A stretch of 64,000 nt of DNA from Octopus sinensis (Eukaryota): contig NC_043001.1 in the NCBI RefSeq assembly GCF_006345805.1, positions 116,188,001 through 116,252,000 of the forward strand, written 5' to 3'. The position numbers were made by a program, and so were the translations under genes. Below are positions 1 to 12,460 of the stretch, in pieces. How positions within the stretch are numbered: position 1 is the first letter of the stretch; each line of letters opens with the position of its first letter. The notes below the pieces were generated by a model. It made no database searches. It worked only from the letters and a program-made list of their open reading frames with translations, and was not told the DNA's origin.

Positions 1-182
1 CAAAGACTGACTAAGCTAATGATGATGATGATAGTGGTGATGGAGAGGATACTTAGGATGAGGACTGTGATAAAGACAGGGATGCTGTTGCTGCTGGTGT
101 TGATGATGATGGTGAAGAGGAGGATGGGATGGTGATAACAATGATGGTGCTGAGGATGATGATGATGATTATGACTGTGATG
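1..182 (+). repeat. Degenerate (GAT/GGT)n microsatellite
   Basis: Runs of gatgatgat/ggtgat. Confidence 0.85.
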
Positions 183-689
183 TATTCATAGAAAATGTGC
201 TTGCAGATATTATTAATAATTGCACAGCAAGCTCCAAAATGAAATAAATATTACCTTTTATATAGTAACAACATAGAAAAGATTTGAGTCATAAAAATAT
301 TATATTGAAAAGTGAAGGTATTAAACGTATGAGAGAGAGGGGAGAGAGAGGGAGAGTAAGGAAGGAGGGATAAGAATGAGAGAAATAAGAGAAAGACACA
401 GAAAGATATATATTGATAGGGGAGACAGTTGAAACGAGAGAAAGAGAGAATTAAATGGATAGAGCAACAAAGAATTACACAGGTAGATAGATAGATAGTT
501 CGATTAATAGACAGGCAGGTAAGTAGGTATGTAGATAAATTGACAGACAGATAGACATGTAGGAAAAGATAGATTGATTCATGTGGAGAAAGAGATTAAA
601 TAGACGAATAAATATAAGGAAAGAAAATAAAACAGAAAAAAATTAAGAGATTATGAGCAATAAGAGATGAAGATATAGAGTGACACAAG

Positions 690-761
690 CATATATATAT
701 ATATACATACATACATACATACATACATACATACACACACACACATACATACGTACATACG

Positions 762-793
<32 letters not shown>

Positions 794-812
794 CATACAT
801 ACATACAGATAT
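690..812 (+). repeat. (TA)n/(TACA)n microsatellite
   Basis: Direct reading. Confidence 0.9.
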
Positions 813-2484
813 ATATTAGACAAAGACAAAGAGTGGCCTGTATTAAAGATAGATTAATTGTTCAGAGAAAACAGGAATCTCTTTTCCCGTGAGATGGACT
901 CCACTACTAATCACTGGGTACTGACACTAAATAATACTGAAATATTTCAATTTATTATTGATTTCTCTCAATATTCTATATTGAGAGAACACACACACAT
1001 ATTCATACAGATGCACACATACACATACATATGTTTATGAGAGTCTACCAAAGTGCTCAAATTTTCGAATCATTTCTATTTACTGACAAAATAACAGCAA
1101 TAAACCAAAGTAAAAAGATAAGGATGATGATGATGACAGTGGTGACAATGATGATGATGACGACGATGATGATGATGACGACAATGATGATGATGACGGA
1201 TGGTAGCTTGATGGCAGAATGCTTAGCAGCATTTTGTCTTTCTGTCTGAGAACATGTCCAATCTAAATCCTGTCTTATTTTGTCACTGATTCTGTTGATG
1301 TCCAGTTGAGATGAGGGTGGGGGAAGAATGACCGAAAATTCTTCTGATAATATTTCTACCCAATCAGAGCTGACCTAAGCTGAACAACAAAGTCACTTCA
1401 TAGCAACAGCAGCAACTAATCAAAGAACAACAAAGCAACAAGTATAAATATAAATCAAATTTCTTTCATTTCCATTATTAAAAAAATTACATTCTTCTTA
1501 ACTTCCATTAATTTGGAAGGTGAAATCCTAGTAGCTAAAATCCCTACTTTTTAATTTTTTTTTATGAAGCAAAAAAAAAAAAGGGGTTAATATTTATTTT
1601 ATTTCATTCTATTTTAGCAGTTTAGGTTTTGGGGGAAAATTGTACATTTGCCAAATTCTTTCCCAGATAAAATGTAAAAACTTCATCAAAACGAATCTAA
1701 AGACATTGGGAAAAGATCAAAGTAAACTATGTAACGCTGTTGATGCTAAATTTCCTGTTAGTTGTTCAATGATGATGATGATGATGGTGGTGGCAAGGAT
1801 GAGATTGGTGGTAGTGATGATGATGATGAGAAACCTTTTAATTGCCAAATGTGCTCCATAATTATGAAAATAAGGAACATAAAAAAAATAAGTACAAGAT
1901 AAACACCCAAATATACACATAAGTATATTCTCTGCTTGAATAGAAATGTGTGTGTGTGTGTATGTGTGTGTGCACATGCATGTGTTTGTGTGTGTAGTAA
2001 ACATTAGAAACAGCAATTGGAGTTCAAAAGGCATGCACATGTATACACACATGCATTAAATGGGAAATTATGTAATTGTGTGTACGTGTGTGTATATAAT
2101 TGCATGTATGAAGCCTAAATAATTTATAAGGTGGTGCTCCCAAAGGATAAGATGATGATAATAATAATAATAATTACAACAACAACAACAACAATAATAA
2201 TGATGATGATGATGATGATGATGATAATAATAATAATAATTTACTAGATTCTAACATGAGATTTCATTTATGTACTAAGATTTTATTTTTATTTTTGTTA
2301 TTCAAAGTTTAGTGTGGAATAAGAAAGATGAGGAAGTGGATTTTTTCATTTATTCATACCCAATATATACTTTCAAATATATAGCAGGGAAATTATATTT
2401 CTGTTTAAAAAGGTTTTATGTTTCATTCATACACACAAGTACACGCATACATATATATACATATATTTATATGTATGTTTGTGC

Positions 2485-2515
<31 letters not shown>

Positions 2516-2592
2516 TGTGTTTGTTTTTATGTTCAATTTTACATTAATTTGATGAGTTACTCTATACTTTTGTAGTGTACAAATTTGATTTT

Positions 2593-2709
2593 CTTATGCA
2601 AGAATGCTGTTGATAGTGACTTCGAAGGGTTGGCCAGCTAACTCCTCATCAGACGATGGGTTAGCTGGCCGAAACTTCGAAGTCACTGTCAACAACATTC
2701 TTGTGTAAG
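2593..2709. ncRNA. Fold-back of two degenerate Penelope-type minimal hammerhead ribozyme motifs
   Basis: 50-bp arms with 7 mismatches and a 17-nt loop. Plus strand: CAGACGA-tgggttagctggcc-GAAAC-ttcgaa-GTC. Minus strand: CTGATGA-ggagttagctggcc-AACCC-ttcgaa-GTC. Confidence 0.55.
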
Positions 2710-2718
2710 TATAATATT

Positions 2719-2751
<33 letters not shown>

Positions 2752-2752
<1 letters not shown>

Positions 2753-2926
2753 GCATGTAAAAGCACCCACTACAGTCTCGGACTGGTTGGCATTAGGAAG
2801 GGCATCTAGCTGTAGAAAAAGACTGGAGCCTGGTACAGCCTTCTGGCTCGCCATTCCTCAGTAAAACCGTCCAACCCATGCCATCATGGAAAGCAGACGT
2901 TAAACAAGAATGATGATGGTGATGAT
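2752..2926 (+). mobile_element. Family A: RTE-3'-tail repeat (SINE/LINE tail ending in (GAT)n)
   Basis: Contains ggttggcattaggaagggcatctagctgtagaa and ends ...gacgttaaac+(gat)n. About 15 copies in the window. Confidence 0.85.
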
Positions 2927-3761
2927 ATATATATATTGCAAACAACTCGCAGATGCAAGTGCTACCAGTTGAAGGCTCTGCATACTGGGCGCTATCAAGC
3001 TTATGAGGTCATCAGGAGAGAATGCTTGTCATTTCAGGGCCTTTCTCTCGACAGCTATTGCATATCACCCCCACCCTCACTAAAATGATTCCCTGCTTGC
3101 TAGACCCACTGGTTACTAGGTTTCACTCAATATTTTTCAAACCATTGCTCATTGTCTCCAGTAGCTTTTGCCTTCTCCACTGTAGTCTGAATATCACTCA
3201 TGATGCTATTTGCTTCACAATGAGTTAGGCCTAGTAGTAACAATTCCCTTACACTGTGTTCAATGTATCCTCTACTCTTAGAAACACGCACAAGCATCCT
3301 AGACCATTGTTTGAAAATAGTTGATTGGTAAAGAATCTTTCAGCAACATATTTCAATACTTCTTTTTATCTCTTTTGTACTCTAATGATTCAACAGCCTT
3401 CCTGCACATACTGCTGTTGTTATAGCATGGAACTGGTGTTGTTTACCCTTAATTGAGCACTCATCAGGCAGACCAATAATTCTAGGCATGACCATCTTGT
3501 TTTAGGATTTTAGATAATTGTAAATCCAAGACTATATTATCTAGTGTGAGCAATAACATTATCTCAATGCAGTTGATAACACCTGGGCATGTTAAAAGGG
3601 GTGTTAGGCCTTAGGGACCTAAATTTTACTTATAATAGTAATTATATTATACATGATAAAAAAAAACTTTGGTTACTAAAATAAATGAGATCTCCTGAGT
3701 GAAGTCATTAATTTGCAATGTATTAAGTAAATTAACAACTTTTGTTTATACTTACCTTTTT

Positions 3762-3888
3762 ATCGTGAAGTATATTTGCCACTTAAATGTGGCTAACCCT
3801 TAAGGGTGGATGCTACTGTAGCTTGTAGCTACAGTAGCATCCACTCTTAAGGGTTAGCCACATTTAAGTGGCAAATATACTTCATGAT
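3762..3888. repeat. 127-bp near-perfect palindrome
   Basis: 62-bp arms with 2 mismatches and a 3-nt loop (tgt, 3824-3826). Confidence 0.92.
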
Positions 3889-4098
3889 GTCATGCAGCTA
3901 CTGTGTATACCTCGCTCAGAGATTTATTATTACTTTTTTATCTTTTCATTGTTAAAAGCTTACACAATCCATTTTTAGAGCAAAATTTATAAATTGTAAT
4001 CCATGTTAAATTAGTTTAGTCACGATACTTAACTTGCCACTTAGGTGGGTGTTGTGCATAATGACTACTTAAAAGATGATACTAGGCATATCAGCTAC

Positions 4099-4327
4099 TT
4101 AACCCTTTCGTTACTGTATTTATTTTGAGATGCTCTGTGTTTCTTTCAATTAATTTAAATATAACAAAGAATTTAGTAAAATAACTTAGTTATCATTCAG
4201 CTAGTGTTAGGAACATAAATTGTGACTAAGGTTTGGTGGAAGATTTTAATTCAAAACTTATGAAAACAAGACATTTGTACTACAGAGCCAGAGCCGGTTT
4301 CAGCCGGGTTAGTAACGAAAGGGTTAA
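4099..4327. mobile_element. piggyBac-type MITE, family G
   Basis: TTAA|ccctttcgttac ... gtaacgaaaggg|TTAA. A second copy in opposite orientation lies at 17777-18004. Confidence 0.88.
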
Positions 4328-4620
4328 AAGGGAAGCACTACAAAAAATATAATAAAAATCCAGCAGTCTAATGTAATTTTTCTTTTAAGATGGTAAGGTG
4401 TGATTTGAGGGAAATTTGGCTTCTACATGTGTTAATCTAAAAATTTCATCATGACACCAAACTTGTTGACCTTTTCAACCTGGTAAGAAATGTTGATGTA
4501 CAAAGGTTATTAGCACTGCATTTCCTTTCGTCTTCTGATTAAATACAAATAAAAGAAACATTGGGAACATATTGTTTGGAGACCATGGCTAGAATATCAT
4601 CAGAAGAGAAGACTTTGTGT

Positions 4621-4844
4621 TCAACCCTTTAGTATTTAGATTACTCTGTCAAATGTAAAGTTTATTTATTCACATTTGTTTTTGGATTAATCATGTATCA
4701 TCTCATAGCTTCAAGATTTCGATGATGTGATTATTTTTAGAATGACATTGCAGGGTAGGTGTGAGAGAGTAGATCTGGTGGGTTTGAACATAAAAGAAAG
4801 AGTATTTGGACCAGATATGGGTGGTTTAAATGCTAAAGGGTTAA
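4621..4844. mobile_element. piggyBac-type MITE, family H
   Basis: t(c)aa|ccctttag...ctaaaggg|TTAA. Homologous copies at 16152-16380 and 33285-33533. Confidence 0.85.
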
Positions 4845-5050
4845 GGGATCAAAGATATCTCTATTTTTGGCCATCACTTATAACATAAATGTGACTATGC
4901 AGTCAAGAAGTTTGCTCAGCAAACACATTGCTCAAGGTTTGATCTCAAATGTGTAGTAGCTTCTGCTTGCATCTTCTACAATAACAATGGGTTGAGCAAT
5001 ACTTTGTGTTGATGCCTGTCATGTGTCTGTGCTGGACACCAATATATATA

Positions 5051-5451
5051 TTCTTTTATTCTTTTACTTGTTTCAGTTATTTGACTGTGGTCATACTGGA
5101 GCACCACCTTTAGTCATGCAAATAAAACCCAGGACATTCTTTGTAAGCCGAGTACTTATTCTATCAGCCTCTTTTGCCAAACTGCTTAGTTATAGGGATG
5201 TAAACACACCAGCATCGGTTGTCAAGCAATGTTGGGGTGGATGGGACAAACACAGACACACAAACATACACACACACACACACATATACGACAGGCTTCT
5301 TTCAGTTTCCATCTACCAAATCTACTCACAAGGCTTTGGCTGGCCCAAGGCTATAGTAGAAGACACTTGTCCAAGTACCACGCAGTGGGACTGAGCCCAG
5401 AACCATGAAGTTGGGATGCAAGCTTCTTACCACACAGCCATTCCTGTGCCT
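5051..5451 (-). mobile_element. Family B tRNA-derived SINE
   Basis: Reverse complement of the head aggc(a)caggaatggctgtgtggtaag, then core, (TA/TG)n linker and gtaaaaga tail. More than 10 copies in the window. Confidence 0.88.
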
Positions 5452-6293
5452 ATATATATATATATATATATATATCTTAGAGAACTATATAAACAACAGT
5501 AAGAAAACCAAAAAGGAAACATTTTATAAAGGGAATTCCTTGGCATGTTTGTTCAGCACTGAGTTACAGGTATTTTCTCACTCTCTTGTCTTTGTGACAA
5601 TTTGACAACTAGTTGTCACATGAAATATTATTGACAAAATATATAACATTTAGTCTTGTCTGTGCTTGGTCAATGGTTAAATTCTAAAGTTTTGTAGCCT
5701 GGTTATATTTCTTAGCTGTAGCTATTTTCCATCACTTACATGTTGTTTGTGAAATACTTGAACATCACAACATCTCCTCCTTTAAAAGTCATAGTCACTG
5801 TATCAATGCAAGCTAATTATTTCATAGATATAAGGAGAAAAAATTGTAAATTTAGACCTCACAACAATTAAACCTAAGATACATAGGCTCAGGAACAGGG
5901 GAATCAAGGGGTGTGAGCACACCCCTAACATTTTTTGAGGGGCAGTGGAAATGCTTTGAACATCCTCCTGAAAAACTGGGTTTGCACTCTCTAAGCAAAT
6001 TTCGTTCTTGCATTTATGCTAAGATGCTGACATTGATGATGTTGGAGTTGCTTCTGATTGTGTTGATGACGATTATGTTGATGTAGTTTGTTCATCGATG
6101 CGATGAAGACCATCTAGTCATCCTGGGGTGGGGGTGGACTTGTTTTGTGGGTCCGCAGATAGCTAGTGAGGCCAAAGTGCACCGAAAGAGTCTTCGACAG
6201 TGTGGACAGAGAATGGTAGCACCTGCTACAGGGTTGTTGATACTAATGATACAGTTATACAATGGTTAATGGCCATCATAGAGATGTTGGTTG

Positions 6294-6592
6294 TTTGTTC
6301 CTTCACGAGCCATGCCTGACTCTTAAGTACAGGTTTGCAGGTTTCCCGGTTTCCTTGGCGTATAGGTTCCCCACCTGGATGGGACGACGGTCCGTCGCAG
6401 GTGAGCAGCAAGATGCAGGAGGAAAGAGTGAGAGAAAGTTGTGGCGAAAGAGTCAGCAGAAGTTCGCCATTACCTTCTACCAGAGCTTAGGTGTTTCGCT
6501 CATAAACACACACATCGCCCGGTCTGAGATTCGAATCCGCGATCCCTCGAACACGAGTCCGCTGCTCTAACCACTAGGCCATGTGCCTCCAC
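6294..6592 (-). mobile_element. Family D tRNA-derived SINE with V-SINE-like 3' segment
   Basis: tRNA-like A/B boxes (tggcctagtgg; gattcgaatc) on the minus strand. Flanked by a 12-bp TSD agatg(t/c)tggttg (6282-6293, 6593-6604). Homologous to 44846-45147. Confidence 0.88.
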
Positions 6593-7396
6593 AGATGCTG
6601 GTTGCAATGATATGATGATGTTAGTGATGATAACGATACTGATGTTGATAATGATGCTGATAAAAACAATAATGTTGATAGCAACTCTTGATGATGATGA
6701 TATTAATGACAATGATGATACTGCTGATGATGATGAGGAGGAGGAAGAGGCAGAGGACAGTGACAATGCATACTGAACAAACAGCTCAGGCTTTAAGTTT
6801 AGAATAGAATTTCTAAACATACGTAAAAAAAAAAAAGAGGGGGTGGGTGAAGGCTTGCTGAGCCTAATTAACTTGATTTATAAAAAGTAAAAATTAATTC
6901 AATAAACACTGCACAGCTATTCATAACCTGCCTGTTTTTCTTTCTCTATTTTGTTGTTGCTGTTGTTTTTTTTTTTATCATTCCTGCTGTGAGTGAACCC
7001 CAGTTTGAACTTTTAGTTATGGGTTTATAGTCCTCTGTATAACCTTCCTGTAAGTCACTAGGTTACAGGGTTCTTTAGTACCAATCCCTGCTCCCCTCCC
7101 TCGCCTTTTATTTTTTAGATCTATTCATTCATGTACAAACAATAGTAGAAATTAACAATAAGAATATCTCTTGATTTAAAGAGACATTTAAAAATAGGTT
7201 CATCTGTACTCAGTTTGCCCCCCTTTTTTTAATGCTTCCCATCAGGTAACTTTAGAGATGCATCCTGTAATCTAATGGAACTCTTGATAAAAATTATACT
7301 AAAATCTTTGTCTCTCTAAACAGTAAATAGTATTGTGTTAGATTCGGAGTCAGTTATTTGGTTACAGATAAAAACAGGAATTGTGGTTTCTAATTC

Positions 7397-7790
7397 AGGC
7401 ATGGCAGTGTTGTTACAGAAGCTTGCTTTGCACCCATGTGGCTTTTGGGTTCGTTCCCCACTGTGTAACACCCTGGGCAACTGCCTTCAATTATAGCCCC
7501 AGGTTGGCCAATGCTTTGTGAGTGAATTTGGTAGACATGAACTGTGTTGAAGTCTACTGTATATGTGTGTGCTTGTGTGTTTATCTGTTTGTCTCTTCCA
7601 CTGCTTAACAAATGGTGTTATTTCATAGACATAAGGAGGACATTAGTAAATTTAGACCTCACAACTTAGCAGTTTGGCAGATGGAGACAGAATAAGTACC
7701 AGGCATAAAAATAACTACTATGGTTGATTTGTTTGACTTGAGCCAACACAGCCACAGTACAATGATTAAAACAAAACAACTAGAAATAAG
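7397..7790 (+). mobile_element. Family B SINE, diverged
   Basis: Head and core recognisable by alignment by eye to 11442-11864. Confidence 0.7.
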
Positions 7791-7975
7791 ATGTTGGTCT
7801 GTTTCAGATGAACTGCAGATGGAATAGCATCTTGTCCATTGGCCATAAGTAGACTTGATCATGGAGGGCCATGGACTAAAGAACAACAATCCTCAAATAG
7901 CAATGATAATAGTTACCATAGCAACAACATAGTTCAATTGTTAGAAAATCCAGATTGTTTTCTATAGTTCATTAA

Positions 7976-8341
7976 TCTCTATATATATAAACGGCAAAAT
8001 GTCTCTGTGTGTGTGTCCTTTATACAAATCCATAATTTTTTAGTTAGAGGGCTCGCACTTTCTATGGTCATTCAAAACCGTCCAAGGGTGGTCATGCACA
8101 TCTTTACATTTCCTCAGACACCCCGCAAAGCCATTAAAAAATCAATAGAAGTGACTTTTTTGTGAATTTTCTATCCAAAACCCAATCAAAATGCCCAAAA
8201 CTTGATACACCAATTGAATGCCAGCTAGCTGTATGTGATTGGACAGAGATTTGGACAGTACTCGCGTGTATGTGCACACGCATGCAGCTGTATATGCATG
8301 CACTAGCACTATGACCCGGCGTTGCTGGGTCATAGTGCTAT
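7976..8341 (+). mobile_element. Non-autonomous Helitron-like element
   Basis: Begins A|TCtctatatatataa and ends in a 17-bp hairpin (8304-8340, tagcactatgacccggc-gtt-gctgggtcatagtgcta) with a degenerate CTAG (CTAT)|T. No TSD or TIR. Confidence 0.7.
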
Positions 8342-9165
8342 TTACCATATAAAACTATTAAAGCCTTTAAGTAAAGTAGGTTTTAAAAGATTCAGTTATG
8401 TTTAATTATTTCAAGTCCAAAAGATATTCTTCTTTGCACTGCTGTGCACAGATTTTTCTGACAAGACATGGTTGAGAATATCTGTAAATATATATCAACA
8501 TCGACATATTCCATATGGTTGATGCAGTAGTTTCCAAGAGTGGTATCGACAGTAGTCAGAAGTGTTGTAATATTTTAAATTTAAATCTTACAATTAGAAC
8601 ATTTGCCAAAGTTTCTATTCCAAAGAATAGAAGTGTGCAAAGAGAATGTGAAACCACACTTAAGACAGATTTCCATCCAGAATTTATACTAAAATAAAGC
8701 AAGGGTGTTGTGTATCCTTAAACATACAGGTTTAATAACGTGACCCCATGATTAATCTCTAGTTCTCAAAAGCATTTCAGGGCTAAGAGAATATATAGTT
8801 TTATATAGATCTACTTGAGCAGAACTGACTAGGAACTATTCACCAATGACATTGCTTGCAACTAAGGGTAAGTTGGTATCAGCACACACCATACTTTCAT
8901 TTATGAATTTCAATATCCATGTAGTACACAGCAGACACAGACGCTCTCTCAGATTTCCCACCCTGGGCCCAGCAGTACATCCAAAATGTGACAGCCAGAG
9001 GGTGAGAGGGTTGCACAAGGACTGAAATGATTCTTCATTTATCAACCGCAAAAAGACGAAAAGCAAAGCAAAGCTGACTTTGGCAAGGTTTGAACTCAAA
9101 ATAGAGAGAGCCAGAACAACTATTGGAACACAATCTATCTGACACTAACAACTCTGCTACTTGAC

Positions 9166-9167
9166 CA

Positions 9168-9250
<83 letters not shown>

Positions 9251-9315
9251 CTTCTCCTCTCTCTCTCCTCTCTCTCCTCTCTCGCTCTCTCTCCTCCTCT
9301 TCTCTCTCTCTCATC

Positions 9316-9372
<57 letters not shown>

Positions 9373-9441
9373 ACTCTCTCTCTCTATCTCTCTCTCTCTC
9401 TCTCTCTCACATACACACACACACACACACACCCACACACA
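9166..9441 (+). repeat. (CT)n of about 240 bp followed by (CA)n
   Basis: Direct reading; source of the spurious RE/SL-rich ORFs. Confidence 0.95.
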
Positions 9442-9809
9442 CTTGCACAATTCTCTTGAAATAAAGTGTTACAGTCTAAGAAGGTTAAGTGATAATATAA
9501 TGTTATTCATGTCTTGGAGATACAATAGCACTTCTTTTGTTTCCAAGATATACCAACCATTCCTCTCATTTCTGGATCATGTAGTGACCATATTAAAAAT
9601 ACATTGTAACATAACTGACTTTGACACAACAAATATTCATCACTGATTGACATTCTGACAAGGAGACTTCACAGAATACGGACCAATAATTTTCTATTGA
9701 TATGTAAAGTACATTTCTGTCAAGTCTATATTTAAACAGGTCTGGGGAGAAGGTCATGGGGAATGCTAACTTGTTATGACTGTTTCTTGAGATGTTCATC
9801 CTCAATATT

Positions 9810-10031
9810 CTCTCTTTTACTCTTTTACTTGTTTCAGTCATTTGACTGCAGCCATGCTGGAGCACCGCCTTTAATCAAGCAACTCGACCCCGGGACTTAT
9901 TCTTTTGTAAGCCAGTACTTATTCTATCGGTCTCTTTTGCCGAACCGCTAAGTAACGTGGACATAGACACACCAGCATCGGTTGTCAAGCAATGCTAGGG
10001 GGACAAACACAGACACACAAACACACACACA

Positions 10032-10086
<55 letters not shown>

Positions 10087-10249
10087 GACGGGCTTCTTTC
10101 AGTTTCTGTCTACCAAATCCACTCACAAGGCTTTGGTCGGCCCAAGGCTATAGTAGAAGACACTTGCCCAAGGTGCCACGCAGTGAGACTGAACCCGGAA
10201 CCATGTGGTTGGTAGACAATCTACTTACCACACAGCCACTCCTGCGCCT
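9810..10249 (-). mobile_element. Family B SINE, near full length
   Basis: Near-exact reverse complement of 11442-11864. Confidence 0.92.
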
Positions 10250-10877
10250 ACATATTTTTCTGTGTACTTTCTATATATTTGCTTTTGATGGTATTGTATG
10301 TTACTGCTGTTGTATAGTTCCAGGTCAGCATTGATGCAGGAGATATGATCAAAGCTATTCCAGCATTGACAATCTAGTCTTTTTGATTTATATAGAAATA
10401 CATAAGTCGATGTTCACATTACTTATTTAAGATGATGGGTAGTGAACTGAGGGAAATCTGGTGGCTATTTTTAGTCTATGAGTGACTCCATAGATATTTT
10501 CTCACTGTCCATTGAGCAATGTTTCTTCTGTGGATGTGTGCAGAAATTTGCTTGCACTCAATTTTAAAAGACTCAAATTTTGTCTTTTGCTGTGAAGTAT
10601 ATGCACATCCATTTTTCTCCTTTGTGTGCTAGTTGTAAAGTATGTGGGGACATGCATAAGTGCATAGCCGAGAGAGAACATTGTTCTTGTGTAAGTTTGG
10701 ATGGATGGATAGATACATAGGCAGAGACAAATGGAAACATTGTGGGCTCATTGAAAACATGACACAACAGAAAATTTTCAAGTACTACAATGCCCTCAGA
10801 GAGAAAGAGAGAGAGAGAGAGAGAGAGTGAGTTGAGTGAGTGCATGCATGTATGTGAGTGAGTGTGTGCATGTGTGT

Positions 10878-11162
10878 CATCATCATCACCATCATCATTT
10901 AACATTGTTTTCCATGCTTGCATGGGTTGGATGGTTTGACTGAGGTCTGGAGAGCCAGCAGCTGCACCAGGCTCCAATCTGATCTGGCAAAGTTTCTACA
11001 GCCTGACACCCTTCCTAATGCCAACCACTCCGGGAGTGTAGTGGGTGCTTTTTACATGCCACCAGCACAGGAGCCAGTCAGTGGGTACTGTCATCAGCCA
11101 CATTTGGATGGTGCTGTTTATGTGCCACCAGCACAGGGGCCAGTCAGGCAGTCCTGGCATGT
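10878..11162 (-). mobile_element. Family A RTE-tail repeat
   Basis: (cat)n-ttaacattgttttccatgc...cccttcctaatgccaacc. Confidence 0.85.
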
Positions 11163-11315
11163 ACAATGGTTTGTTGCCCTGGACAGCTCAAATAAACTGA
11201 TAGGAAGAATATCCAGCAGTAAAATCCATGCCAAAAAGTAGAAAGAACCGAATGGGCCTAAAATGAAGTCTGTGAGTCACAGTGCAGGCAACTGTCTAGG
11301 AGAGCAAGAAATATA

Positions 11316-11400
11316 TACAGTAATCCCTCACCATATTGCAGTTTATTATTCAAGCTTATGTCGATTCCTCTGTGGTGTTGTTTTGCATTTATAATAAAAT
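11316..11400 (+). mobile_element. Possible pogo/Tigger-like terminal fragment
   Basis: TA|cagtaatccctcaccatattgcag resembles Tigger-type termini; a similar stub lies at about 11864-11910. No partner TIR found. Confidence 0.3.
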
Positions 11401-11441
11401 AAATACGTACAAATTATAAAAATTATTTTAAAAATACACAT

Positions 11442-11864
11442 AGGCGCAGGAGTGGCTGTGTGGTAAGTAGCTTGCTTATGAACCACATGGTTCCGGGTTC
11501 AGTCCCACTGCATGGCATCTTGGGCAAGTGTCTTCTGCTATAGCCCCGGGCCGACCAATGCCTTGTGAGTGGATTTGGTAGACGGAAACTGAAAGAAGCC
11601 TGTCGTATATATGTATATATATATATATATGTATATGTGTGTGTGTTTGTGTGTCTGTGTTTGTCCCCCTAGCATTGCTTGACAACCGATGCTGGTGTGT
11701 TTACGTTCCCGTCACTTAGCGGTTCAGCAAAAGAGACCGATAGAAAAAGTACTGGGCTTACAAAGAATAAGTCCCGGGGTCGATCTGCTCGATTAAAAAG
11801 CGGTGCTCCGGCATGGCCGCAGTCAAATGACTGAAACAAGTAAAAGAGTAAAGAGTAAAGAGTA
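11442..11864 (+). mobile_element. Family B SINE, full length
   Basis: aggcgcaggagtggctgtgtggtaagtagc...ggttcagtccc head and gtaaa(a)gagta tail. About 100 nt downstream of the FGD exon donor. Confidence 0.92.
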
Positions 11865-11969
11865 CAGTACTATCTCCTCTACTTTGCAGATTTTCACCTA
11901 TTGCAGTGGGTTTTGGATAATGAGAATAAAACTTTCAACAAATGGAAAAATTACTTAGACATCACTTAC

Positions 11970-12118
11970 CAATTCTTCATTCTCTCCTCCAGTTGTGGAC
12001 ACATGAAGTTGTGATGGAACTGGTAAATACTCTTGATATTAGAGAACATCTGTGTTATAACATCTGATGAGAAAAAATTGTGCACTTGGTTTTCGACGAT
12101 CACTTGAAACTGGAAAAC
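11970..12118 (-). CDS. FGD: Next internal coding exon (149 nt, phase 0-2) of the same FGD-family RhoGEF DH domain
   Basis: Minus strand reads ttttctag|GTTTTCCAG...AAGAATTG|gtaagt. Translates to VFQFQVIVENQVHNFFSSDVITQMFSNIKSIYQFHHNFMCPQLEERMKN(W), matching FGD VF...IFSNIxSIxxFHxxFLLPELEKRMxEW. It continues in frame from ...VDQ. Confidence 0.93.
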
Positions 12119-12211
12119 CTAGAAAAGTTAAAGTAGGGAGACATTCAATTATATTACCTAAAACAAATAAAGGGAAAATAACTAGAGAAAAAACTATAGA
12201 GAAATGTTTCT

Positions 12212-12460
12212 TATTTCTTTATTGCCCACAAGGGGCCAAACATAGGGGGGACAAACAAGGACAGACAAAAGGATTAAGTCGATTACATCGACCCCAGTGC
12301 ATAACTGGTACTTAATTTATCGACCCCGAAAGGATGAAAGTCGACCTCAGCAGAATTTGAGCTCAGAACACAAAGACAGATGGAATACCACTAAGCATTT
12401 TGCCTGGTGTGCTAACGTTTCTGCCTTAACTACAGAGTTAAGGCAGAAACTCGCCACCTT
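12212..12460 (-). mobile_element. Family C tRNA-derived SINE with 20-bp TSD
   Basis: TSD aacta(t/c)agagaaatgtttct at 12192-12211 and 12461-12480. Homologous to 35174-35403. Confidence 0.9.

Noticed and set aside
6500-6592. tRNA gene (also 44596-44670, 44846-44920 and others)
   Set aside because: These are tRNA-derived SINE heads that continue into SINE bodies with TSDs and lack a complete cloverleaf.
1-11969. Expected next FGD exon (…PRIGDI…APFLKMY…)
   Set aside because: Searched by eye on the minus strand and not found; presumed to lie beyond the left edge.
12067-12315. 82-aa plus-strand ORF overlapping the exon
   Set aside because: It is the antisense shadow of the FGD exon plus intron and SINE sequence.
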